Assembly (NCBI GenBank): GCA_963674825.1
Contig: OY771587.1
Coordinates: 512,001 to 576,000, forward strand
Reading direction: 5' to 3'
DNA: 64,000 nt
Origin: Candidatus Cloacimonadales bacterium
Lineage (GTDB): Bacteria > Cloacimonadota > Cloacimonadia > Cloacimonadales > JAIOQZ01
Part shown: piece after piece, positions 56,067 through 64,000 of the stretch
Layout of the letters: the number at the start of each line of letters is the position of its first letter
How positions within the stretch are numbered: position 1 is the stretch's first letter
Translations under genes and position numbers: made by a program
The notes under the pieces: model-generated
Told to the model about the DNA's origin: nothing
Databases searched by the model: none
Seen by the model: only the letters and a program-made list of their open reading frames with translations

Positions 56067-57248
56067 TTAGTCAGTAAACTTCCTCATGAAAGCGGGGATA
56101 TCGATCTTCTCTCGATTCAAGATACGCGGCATTTCGCCTTCGTTGTCGCGCTTGAGTTCGGGACCAACCGAATCGGCCTGACGGATGCGATCGAAGATGA
56201 TATCGAGCTGCTCATTCTTCTCTTCTTCAGTCTTGGGACGAAGCTGTGGCATTTCTTTCATGACAGGCTGTCCCATCGTTCCAACGCTCTCGGACTCGTT
56301 GCTCAGTCCGGTCGCGATGATGGTCACGCTCAGCTTGTCGGTCATCTTCTCGTCGATAACCAGACCCATGATGATGTTGGCATTCTCTCCGGTTTCGTTG
56401 ATGATAACCTGCGATACTTCGTCGAACTCGGACATCTTCATGTCGTAGCCGGCGGTAACGTTGATGAGGGTCGCCTTGCAGCCGTCGAGCGTGATATCGC
56501 TGAGCAGCGGATTCGCGATGGCAGCCTTGGCAGCGTTGACAGCACGGTTTTCACCATCGGAGATACCGGTTCCCATAAGCGCGTAGCCCATGTTTGCCAT
56601 GACGGTCTTCACATCGGAGAAATCGACACTGATGTAGCCGCTGAGGTTGATGATGTCGGAGACTGCCTTGGCTGCGTCGGAGAGGACGTTATCGGCTTTC
56701 TGGAAAGCTTCCAGAATCGCCATGTCTTTGTAGATGTCACGAAGCTTTTCATTCGGGATAACAATCAGCGTATCGACATTCTCACGCAGTTTTGAGATTC
56801 CGTGGTCGGCGTTTTTGCGACGATGAGCGCCTTCAAAGCTGAAGGGCCGTGTGACGATACCCATGGTCAGGATACCCATTTCACGCGCGATCGACGCGAT
56901 GACTGGAGCTCCGCCGGTACCGGTTCCGCCGCCCATTCCGGCAGCGATAAAAAGCATTTCCGCGCCCTGAAGCGCTTTGCGGATCTCGTCGGTCGATTCG
57001 ATTGCCGATTCTTCGCCAATTCCGGGATTCGCGCCGGTTCCGAGACCCTGTGTTTTCTTCATTCCAAGCTGGATTTTCGTCTGCGCTTTTGATTTGCGCA
57101 GGTCTTTGCCATCGGTGTTGGCCGCGATAAATTCAACACCGGTGAGGCCGTTGTTGATCATGGTATTGATAGCATTGCCACCGCCGCCACCAACGCCAAC
57201 GATCTTGATAATGGTTTCATTCGATCTGTCCAGAGCAAGTTCGAGCAT
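56067..57248 (-). CDS. ftsZ: Cell division protein FtsZ
   Basis: 'GVGGGGGNA', 'GMGGGTGTG', 'RPFSFEG', 'VDFSDV', C-terminal 'IDIPAFMRK'. Confidence 0.98.
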   Translation of the reverse strand: MLELALDRSNETIIKIVGVGGGGGNAINTMINNGLTGVEFIAANTDGKDLRKSKAQTKIQLGMKKTQGLGTGANPGIGEESAIESTDEIRKALQGAEMLFIAAGMGGGTGTGGAPVIASIAREMGILTMGIVTRPFSFEGAHRRKNADHGISKLRENVDTLIVIPNEKLRDIYKDMAILEAFQKADNVLSDAAKAVSDIINLSGYISVDFSDVKTVMANMGYALMGTGISDGENRAVNAAKAAIANPLLSDITLDGCKATLINVTAGYDMKMSEFDEVSQVIINETGENANIIMGLVIDEKMTDKLSVTIIATGLSNESESVGTMGQPVMKEMPQLRPKTEEEKNEQLDIIFDRIRQADSVGPELKRDNEGEMPRILNREKIDIPAFMRKFTD

Positions 57249-57285
57249 GGTTTCCCCCTGTTTTATCTTATTGTTGTGTCAATAT

Positions 57286-58566
57286 TTATGCAAAATCATC
57301 ATAGAATTTCTGATACAGTTTTTTGATCGTCTTGAGTATCCGGTTGTTCACGCTGGTCACCTTACGTGTGGTGTACGCTTTATCCTGCGGCATGAGGCTG
57401 GCTGCATAGTAGAGCAGTCCTACACTCGTGGAGAACATGGGCGATTCCAGCCGCGCGGTAGGGCCGCTGAGGCGTGCAAGATCGGGATAACCGATTTTTA
57501 CCGGGACATTGAAGATTTCCAGTGCAAGCTGCTCCATATTTTTAAGGAGCGCCGCGCCACCCGTGATCACCACGCCGGCGGTCATCAGGTTTTCGTTGTA
57601 GCTATTAAAAACGGTACGATAAGAGAGTTCGAGGATCTCCCGCATGCGGGATTCGACGATCTCCGAGATGAATTTCAATTTTTTTGTGGTTCCACTGCGT
57701 CCGCCGATCCCCTGAATGTCCACCATCGCTTCTTCATCGACGGTGTTGGAAAGTGCGTCGCCATAATTGATTTTGATATCCTCAGCCGATTTAAGCGGTG
57801 TACGGAGCCCGATCGCGAGATCTTGCGTCACATTCTCGCCACCGATGGGCTTCACGGTGCTGAAACGGATGCTACCCTTGTAGAAGACGGCGATGTCGGA
57901 GGTTCCGCCACCGATATCCAGCAGGATGCAGCCGAGGTCTTTTTCGTCGCGGTTGAGAACCGCCATCGCAGATGCAAGCGGCTCCAGCACGATGTCGTCG
58001 GCTTCGTATCCGGCAAGCTCGATGCACTTGAGCACATTGCGAATGGCGTTCATATCCGCCAGCACGACGTGAACGTGCGCAGTCAGATGAAAGCCGCTCA
58101 TGCTGATGGGATTCATGATACCATTCTGGTTATCGATATCGTAATATTGCGGGATTCCGTGGATAATCTCCAGGTTTTCGTGTCCCTGCTGAATCTTCAC
58201 GGTACGTTTGGCATCGTTGATAACAGCCTGAATATGCTCTTCGTTGATCTCGGTGGGATCCTTACCGCTTGAATCGGATACGGAAATACGGCCGATTGCG
58301 TTTCGGCTCTTGATATGCTCGCCTGCGATTCCGGCGTAGATCGTTCCAGCCTTCATGTCGGCAGCACGTTCCGCTTCCTCGATCGCCTGTTTGATAGAAT
58401 CCGCTGTTCGCTGGATATCCTTAACGATGCCCTTCTCGAGTCCGTTCGATTCGGATATGCCGATTCCTTTTACTTCCAATTCGCCCTTACCCCTTGGTAC
58501 GGCGATAATTGCACAAATTTTAGTTGTGCCGATGTCCAGCGCTGTTATCGAAGTTGGTACCTTCAT
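57286..58566 (-). CDS. ftsA: Cell division protein FtsA
   Basis: 'ALDIGTTKI', 'LEPLASA', 'LDIGGGTSD', 'GVVITGG'. Confidence 0.97.
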   Translation of the reverse strand: MKVPTSITALDIGTTKICAIIAVPRGKGELEVKGIGISESNGLEKGIVKDIQRTADSIKQAIEEAERAADMKAGTIYAGIAGEHIKSRNAIGRISVSDSSGKDPTEINEEHIQAVINDAKRTVKIQQGHENLEIIHGIPQYYDIDNQNGIMNPISMSGFHLTAHVHVVLADMNAIRNVLKCIELAGYEADDIVLEPLASAMAVLNRDEKDLGCILLDIGGGTSDIAVFYKGSIRFSTVKPIGGENVTQDLAIGLRTPLKSAEDIKINYGDALSNTVDEEAMVDIQGIGGRSGTTKKLKFISEIVESRMREILELSYRTVFNSYNENLMTAGVVITGGAALLKNMEQLALEIFNVPVKIGYPDLARLSGPTARLESPMFSTSVGLLYYAASLMPQDKAYTTRKVTSVNNRILKTIKKLYQKFYDDFA

Positions 58567-59315
58567 CAATCCCCCGTTCTCGCTACGATCTGATCCTTGT
58601 AGCGAAGATCCAGAACTGTATTATCCATAAATCCCTTATTGTCTCCGAAAAATTCGAGACGGTGCAGCTTTTCCTCGAGCTGACCTTCTCCGAGAAATAC
58701 CAGGCAACCGGAAGAAGACTCGACAATGCAGACCTCTCCGTCGTGCAGATAGTATTCTGAAATGCTCTCCGCGATATCTTTATTGAGCTGCGTGATCTCA
58801 TTGTGAAGTGCAAAGATGCGTGTCAATTTCTCGTTGTTCAGCTTCTCGCCAAGTTGGATACTGCCCGATGGGATGTCAAGGCTGACGATGGGTGTATCTT
58901 CAGCCACGTAAGCACCCTCGGTATCCAGCACGATCAGCTCGCGATCAACAGGAAAAAGAATCCCGTCCGATGTCTTCACATGCAGTACCGCAAGTCGTTC
59001 TTCAATCGCGATTTTCAGCTTTCCGGGAAGCACGCGTGACACCTTAACGCTTCGTACGCGAACGATATTCTCGTATTTGGCGATTATCTCGTCTTTACTG
59101 ATGGAATACAGGTTTACGCCGATGTATTCCTTCGCCAGATCCTCGTAAAAATCCTGACCGAGATTCTGATATCCGGTAATCTCGACTTTCTCTATCGTGA
59201 AAAATTCCATGGACCGGAAAAGATGCTGCATCACGAAGAACAGGATCCCCATCACGACCATACAGCCGAGGAACACGATGAAATAGCGGCTGTTGCCTCT
59301 GCGTTTGCGTTTCAT
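58566..59315 (-). CDS. ftsQ: Cell division protein FtsQ/DivIB
   Basis: Single TM, POTRA 'VKVSRVLPGKLKIAIEER', C-terminal 'LDLRY'; located upstream of ftsA. Confidence 0.9.
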   Translation of the reverse strand: MKRKRRGNSRYFIVFLGCMVVMGILFFVMQHLFRSMEFFTIEKVEITGYQNLGQDFYEDLAKEYIGVNLYSISKDEIIAKYENIVRVRSVKVSRVLPGKLKIAIEERLAVLHVKTSDGILFPVDRELIVLDTEGAYVAEDTPIVSLDIPSGSIQLGEKLNNEKLTRIFALHNEITQLNKDIAESISEYYLHDGEVCIVESSSGCLVFLGEGQLEEKLHRLEFFGDNKGFMDNTVLDLRYKDQIVARTGD

Positions 59316-60181
59316 GGTCTTACCACCTCAATCTCGAGCTCGAGATCTATTTCCCGTTCGCGCAGCACCACCTCGCGAATATGATCAATCAAATTCAGAA
59401 CGTCCGAATAGCTAGCATCGCCTGTGTTGACGATGAAATTGGCATGCACTTCGCTGACCATCGCTCCACCGATTCGCTTGCCCTTCAGGCCGCATTCGTC
59501 GATCAGGCGTCCTGCCGATTCGTAGGGCGGATTCTTGAAGATGCAGCCCAGGTTCGGCATCGAAAGCGGCTGAGACTCTCTGCGCTTGGCTATCAGCTGA
59601 TCGACCTGACGGCGGATCTCTACACGATCCATCTCTTCCGGTAGAAGATTGATCGAGAGCAGGTATTCCCGGATCGATGAAGTCCGATAACCAAATTTCA
59701 CCCGATCCGCCGAGATGATGTCGCGCTTACCGTTCGCGTCCAGAATCTCCACCGAATGGATCAGAGTCTGGATCGACTTACCATAAGCACCGGCGTTCAT
59801 CTTCACGACACCACCAAGGTGCGCAGGGATACCGGCCAGAAACTCGAATCCACCGGCGTTTTCACGCGCCAGCTTCATCAGCATGCCGTTGACGTTCACG
59901 TTCGCGGTGACGTTTGCCACTCCACGCGAATAGGTCACCTCCTGCGGCAGATTCGTGTCCAGCAGGATGTAACCGCTGTAATGGTCAGGGAATAGCAGGT
60001 TTGACGCTCCGCCGACAGCAAGGTAACCCTGCTCAGACAGATGCGGCATGATCAGACGCAGCTCTTCCACTGAAGACGGAGCCAGCACCGCTCGTGCCGT
60101 TCCACCGATGCGGATGTGCGAGAAGTCTTTTAACCTCGCGTCCTTCAGCGTGATCATGTCCAGAACCTGCTTTGTGTTCAT
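59312..60181 (-). CDS. murB: UDP-N-acetylenolpyruvoylglucosamine reductase
   Basis: 'GGASNLL', 'GIPAHLGGVVKMNAGAYG', 'FGYRTS', 'FKNP', 'VSEVHANFIVN'. Confidence 0.95.
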   Translation of the reverse strand: MNTKQVLDMITLKDARLKDFSHIRIGGTARAVLAPSSVEELRLIMPHLSEQGYLAVGGASNLLFPDHYSGYILLDTNLPQEVTYSRGVANVTANVNVNGMLMKLARENAGGFEFLAGIPAHLGGVVKMNAGAYGKSIQTLIHSVEILDANGKRDIISADRVKFGYRTSSIREYLLSINLLPEEMDRVEIRRQVDQLIAKRRESQPLSMPNLGCIFKNPPYESAGRLIDECGLKGKRIGGAMVSEVHANFIVNTGDASYSDVLNLIDHIREVVLREREIDLELEIEVVRP

Positions 60182-60183
60182 TG

Positions 60184-61554
60184 CTAACCCTTTAAAAAAT
60201 CTTCGCCATATTTCCAGATCGAACCAGCACCCATTGTGATCAGGATATCCCCATCCTGCACCAGGCTTTGCATCTTCGGAACGATCTCTTCATTCGATTC
60301 GATATAATGTACGTTGTGATGACCCGACTGGATCGCTGCTTCCGCGATCATTTTGCCGCTGATGCCGGGAATCGGCTTCTCGCGTGCAGGGTATATCGGC
60401 GTCACAACCAGCACATCCGACTGGAAGAAAGACCTGCCGAAGTGCTCGTAGAAATCTCTCGTGCGTGAGTACAGATGCGGCTGGAATACAACCACGAGTC
60501 TGCGGTCCGTATTGGCGCGAATGCCCTTCAGTGTCGCCAGGATCTCAGACGGATGATGCGCGTAATCGTCATAAACCGTTATCCCGTTTAGTTCACCTTT
60601 GTACTCGAATCTTCGAAACACACCACTGTACTCTGCCAGTCCATTTTGGATCGATTCGAACGCAATGTTCAGATCCAGTGCGATCGAGACCGCCATGAGC
60701 GAATTCAGGATGTTGTGATGGCCCGGAACTTGAAGATGAATCCGGCCCAGCGTGTATCCCTTGAAGACGACGTCGTAAGACGACTTGAAATCCTTCATTT
60801 CGATATTCATAGCCCGTACATCCGCCTGACGCGACATTCCATAGGTGATTACTTTCTTGTGAAAGCGGGGCAGAACTGCCTGTACACCCGGGTCGTCCAG
60901 ACAGGCCACGATGCTGCCGAAAAAAGGAACCTTGTTCGCGTAGCTGATAAACGCGTCCTTGATGCCATCCAGATCGGGATAACAGTCCAGATGATCGGCG
61001 TCGATGTTGGTCACACCCGCAATAATCGGTGTCAGCGAGAGAAACGACTGATCGAATTCGTCCGCTTCCACCACAATGTATTCACCGGCGCCAAGCAGGT
61101 TGTTCGACCCGAAATTCTTCACCTTGCCACCCACGATAATCGTCGGATCAAGCTCAGCAGCTTTGAGAACAAGTCCCACCATCGAAGTGGTGGTCGTCTT
61201 TCCATGAGTTCCCGCGATGCCGATACCGTAGCTCATACGGGTGATCTCAGCGAGCATTTCTGCACGGCGGATCACTGGAATCTTGCGGGAAAATGCGCTC
61301 TTGATCTCGGGGTTGTCGTCTGTAACCGCGGAGGATTTCACCACCACATCCGCGTCGATAACAACATCCGGATCATGCCCGATCCGCACCTGTATTCCGA
61401 TGTCGCTCAGGTGACGGGTCATTTCCGATTCGCGCATGTCGGAGCCGGATACGTCGAAGCCTTGAATATGCAACAGCTCCGCGATTCCGCTCATTCCGAT
61501 TCCGCCAATTCCGACGAAGTGTACTTTCTTAGTCGATCCGAACATTTTCTTCAT
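60184..61554 (-). CDS. murC: UDP-N-acetylmuramate--L-alanine ligase
   Basis: 'HFVGIGGIGMSG', 'GTHGKTTT', 'EADE', 'DDYAHHP', 'FQPHLYSRT'. Confidence 0.97.
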   Translation of the reverse strand: MKKMFGSTKKVHFVGIGGIGMSGIAELLHIQGFDVSGSDMRESEMTRHLSDIGIQVRIGHDPDVVIDADVVVKSSAVTDDNPEIKSAFSRKIPVIRRAEMLAEITRMSYGIGIAGTHGKTTTTSMVGLVLKAAELDPTIIVGGKVKNFGSNNLLGAGEYIVVEADEFDQSFLSLTPIIAGVTNIDADHLDCYPDLDGIKDAFISYANKVPFFGSIVACLDDPGVQAVLPRFHKKVITYGMSRQADVRAMNIEMKDFKSSYDVVFKGYTLGRIHLQVPGHHNILNSLMAVSIALDLNIAFESIQNGLAEYSGVFRRFEYKGELNGITVYDDYAHHPSEILATLKGIRANTDRRLVVVFQPHLYSRTRDFYEHFGRSFFQSDVLVVTPIYPAREKPIPGISGKMIAEAAIQSGHHNVHYIESNEEIVPKMQSLVQDGDILITMGAGSIWKYGEDFLKG

Positions 61555-62620
61555 CCTTCAATATCTGTAAGACGATCTCAGCGATCAGGCTCGCAGCCTT
61601 GGGGTGCGGTGAATCGCCAAAACGACTTCTCATTTCATCCAAATCCGTGGTTATCTGCCGGATTGCCTGCAAAAGGCTATCCACATTCAGCCCCTTTTGC
61701 CGCACGACCAGCGCCACGCCTTTATCTTTCTGCTCCACCGCGTTGTGATACTGGTGATTGTGTGCCGCAGTGGGCAGCGGAACCAGAATCGAGGGGAGCT
61801 TCATGGTTTCAATTTCGGATAGCGTTATTGCGCCGGCTCGTGCCAGGACAAAATCCGCCTGTCCATAGTAATAGCGCATCGCGTCAGTGAAACCGAACAT
61901 ATGGATTCCGGGAACTCCATCGAAGCGCTTCTTCATCTCTTCGTAATCGGCAACGCCTGTCTGCCACAAGATATCCACACCGCTATCGAGTATATGTTGC
62001 GCCGCGTCGGCAATTGTCCGGTTGATCCTTCTGGATCCCTGACTTCCGCCGATGATCAACATCTTGCGGGTTCCTTCACGAAGATTCAAGTCACGAGGAA
62101 TTTTCACCGCGTCTTCGTCATCCAGTGGCAGAACCGGATTCCCGCTGAAAAAGCAAATTTCGTGCGGCAGGTGCGCAATAGCGCCCATGTTGCCGAGGAA
62201 AACCTTTCGCGCGTAGGTCACCAGATAACGAGTGGTCAGGCCCGGGTAGCTGTTCTGCTCCTGCAGGAAAAGCGGCTTTTTCATCAATATCGCTGCCATT
62301 GCAACCGGCCCAGTAACGAAACTACCTGTACCGATCACCGCATCCGGCTTGTAACGTGCAATTGTCCGCATCGCGATAACCAGGCTCTTGAGAAGCTTCC
62401 ACGGAAATTTAACGTGGGCAAAGGTCAATCGGCGATAGATCTTCTGAACGTCGATCAGCCGGTATTCGAGCATATGTCGCTGATAGAGCGTCTCTTCCAT
62501 TCCGCCGCGGTTACCGATCATCAGCACTTCCGCGTCGCGTTCCTGAAAAGCCTTTGCCAGCGATATTGCCGGAATGATATGTCCGCCGGTTCCTCCGGCT
62601 GCAATCATGACTTTTACCAT
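61529..62620 (-). CDS. murG: Lipid II GlcNAc transferase MurG
   Basis: 'AAGGTGGHI', 'QEQN', 'GGSQG', 'RAGA', 'HQYHNA'; start placed at MVKVM (62620), overlapping the ftsW end. Confidence 0.95.
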   Translation of the reverse strand: MVKVMIAAGGTGGHIIPAISLAKAFQERDAEVLMIGNRGGMEETLYQRHMLEYRLIDVQKIYRRLTFAHVKFPWKLLKSLVIAMRTIARYKPDAVIGTGSFVTGPVAMAAILMKKPLFLQEQNSYPGLTTRYLVTYARKVFLGNMGAIAHLPHEICFFSGNPVLPLDDEDAVKIPRDLNLREGTRKMLIIGGSQGSRRINRTIADAAQHILDSGVDILWQTGVADYEEMKKRFDGVPGIHMFGFTDAMRYYYGQADFVLARAGAITLSEIETMKLPSILVPLPTAAHNHQYHNAVEQKDKGVALVVRQKGLNVDSLLQAIRQITTDLDEMRSRFGDSPHPKAASLIAEIVLQILKDEENVRID

Positions 62621-63795
62621 ACCTGCCTTCTTTTCGCGCTGATGTTTAAAAGCACACCAATGGAGAACGAATTCACTACCAGCGATGTTCCGCCATAACT
62701 GACAAACGGAAGCGTTACACCCGTCGAGGGAAGCGCTGACATCGCCACACCGATATTGACCATTGCATTTACGAAGATATTGAGTGACAGCCCGATACCG
62801 ACCATCTTCAGGAAAAAATCCTCCTGCAACCACGAGCTCGTCATACTGCGATAGAACAGCAGCGAAAACAGCAATAGAACCACCAGCGCGCCTAAGTAAC
62901 CAAACTCCTCGCCAATAATGGAGAAGATATAGTCGGTGCGGGTTTCGGGCAGATAGTAGTGCTTTGCCAGACCATTCTCGGGCCCTACGCCGATCAGCTT
63001 ACCGCTGGTCAGCGCTGTGAGGCTTTCGCGTACCTGGTAGTCGCCCTCAACATTCTTCAAAGAGGCTTCCTTATCTCCAAACGCTCGATGATAAAGCGAA
63101 TATTTCTCGAAAATATCCATGCGCGAGCTGCGATACTTCGCGCCAAATGCGATTACCGTTGTGGCTCCGACTGCCAGGATCAGCAGGATAACCAGAATTG
63201 TGGTCAGCCGTACCCGTGCGACCCACATCATGCCCAGCAGTGTTACTCCGGAGATAATGAGTGGACTGAGATGACGCTCCGCCAAAATCAATCCGAAGAT
63301 CAGCACAGGCATGATGATCAGCGACTTGAAGTGCTTCACAAAACCTTTGGGGCCAGACTGCGGCAGAAGGTCTTTCTTTTTATCCAAAATATGCGCGAAG
63401 TAGAACACCATAAAGATTCGCGCCAGAAGGCTGGGCTGAAGGTTGATCGGCCCAATGCGAATACTTCTGGTCGCACCTTTTACGGCGCTACCGATGATCA
63501 GCACCAGCACCAGCAGGACAATCACGACCAGCATCCCAACGAAAATCCACTTACGTAGCTTGATCAGGTTTTTGAAACGAAAAGTAAGATACATCACCGC
63601 TGTCGCTGCACCAAGGAAGATAAGATGGCGATAGAAAAACTGTAATCCCGAGCGCACCGAGTTGATATCGAGACTCACGAACAGCCCAATCAGGCACAGC
63701 ACCAGATAGCTTGCCAGAAGCAGGTGGTCGTATGAAACGATATACGATTTCGACGGCTTATCCGTCTTGATCTCGGTGTTGATTACATTTTCCAT
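62614..63795 (-). CDS. ftsW: SEDS peptidoglycan polymerase FtsW
   Basis: 'VKGATR', 'LQPS', 'YLPETRTDYIFSIIGEEFG', 'PSTGVTLPFVSYGGTSL'; dcw context. Confidence 0.93.
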   Translation of the reverse strand: MENVINTEIKTDKPSKSYIVSYDHLLLASYLVLCLIGLFVSLDINSVRSGLQFFYRHLIFLGAATAVMYLTFRFKNLIKLRKWIFVGMLVVIVLLVLVLIIGSAVKGATRSIRIGPINLQPSLLARIFMVFYFAHILDKKKDLLPQSGPKGFVKHFKSLIIMPVLIFGLILAERHLSPLIISGVTLLGMMWVARVRLTTILVILLILAVGATTVIAFGAKYRSSRMDIFEKYSLYHRAFGDKEASLKNVEGDYQVRESLTALTSGKLIGVGPENGLAKHYYLPETRTDYIFSIIGEEFGYLGALVVLLLFSLLFYRSMTSSWLQEDFFLKMVGIGLSLNIFVNAMVNIGVAMSALPSTGVTLPFVSYGGTSLVVNSFSIGVLLNISAKRRQVW

Positions 63796-63796
63796 G

Positions 63797-64000
63797 CTAC
63801 CTCAATTCTTGTACGATCTCTTTGAAAACCCTTCCGCGGTGCTCGAAATTCTTGAACATATCATAGCTCGCACAAGCGGGAGAAAGCAGAACCACTTCAC
63901 CCGGTGCGGCTTCTTTGTAAGCGGCATCAACGGCTTCCTTGAGGCTACCGTAATGCTCGCTGGATACTTCGGGAGAAAGGTCGTCACCGATTTTACCGGC
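63797..64000 (-). CDS. murD: MurD C-terminus (partial)
   Basis: Manual translation '...[32 protein letters not shown]'. Confidence 0.93.
   Translation of the reverse strand, partial: AGKIGDDLSPEVSSEHYGSLKEAVDAAYKEAAPGEVVLLSPACASYDMFKNFEHRGRVFKEIVQELR

Noticed and set aside
59312..59315. No ddl between murB and ftsQ
   Set aside because: A common dcw cluster variant; ddl may lie elsewhere.
56977..62698. Long plus-strand ORFs (431, 414 and 265 aa) opposite ftsA, murC and murG
   Set aside because: Antisense open frames produced by the codon bias of conserved genes; similar shadows occur over glmS and the ABC genes.
63802..63987. 61-aa ORF in the track
   Set aside because: Wrong frame; the real coding frame is the murD C-terminus ending at 63797.

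Overview
Bacterial chromosomal window. The repeated C-terminal 'NYPNPFNP..IYNIKGQLVKTM..W.G......VSSGIYFY' sorting domains and gingipain-like proteins suggest an FCB-group organism, plausibly Cloacimonadota (inference). Left to right: a partial TonB-dependent receptor; two large C25 (gingipain-like) proteins, one with its catalytic His replaced and one split by a 1-nt frameshift; ispF, ispD, an atypical 910-aa GlmS, trmFO and asparaginase; a heterodimeric ABC exporter behind a leader-peptide attenuator; bamA; an AT-rich 1595-aa membrane protein of unusual architecture next to tRNA-Lys(CTT); a motility signalling block (HDOD, cheY, cheZ, receivers, PAS kinase, sigma54 activator) running into surface-glycan genes and a PorZ-like gene; a degenerate cheD; two unannotated membrane peptides; and the dcw cluster (murD to ftsZ). 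The best candidate for an undescribed system is a 46-aa mini-gene at 22720-22860, missing from the ORF track. It matches the flagellin C-terminal D0 helix in register and has a consensus sigma28 promoter, two CsrA-type sites and its own terminator. Several REP-like intergenic repeat families and a recurrent non-canonical -10 box (AATCWT) are also visible. All calls were made by eye from sequence motifs; no database searches were run.
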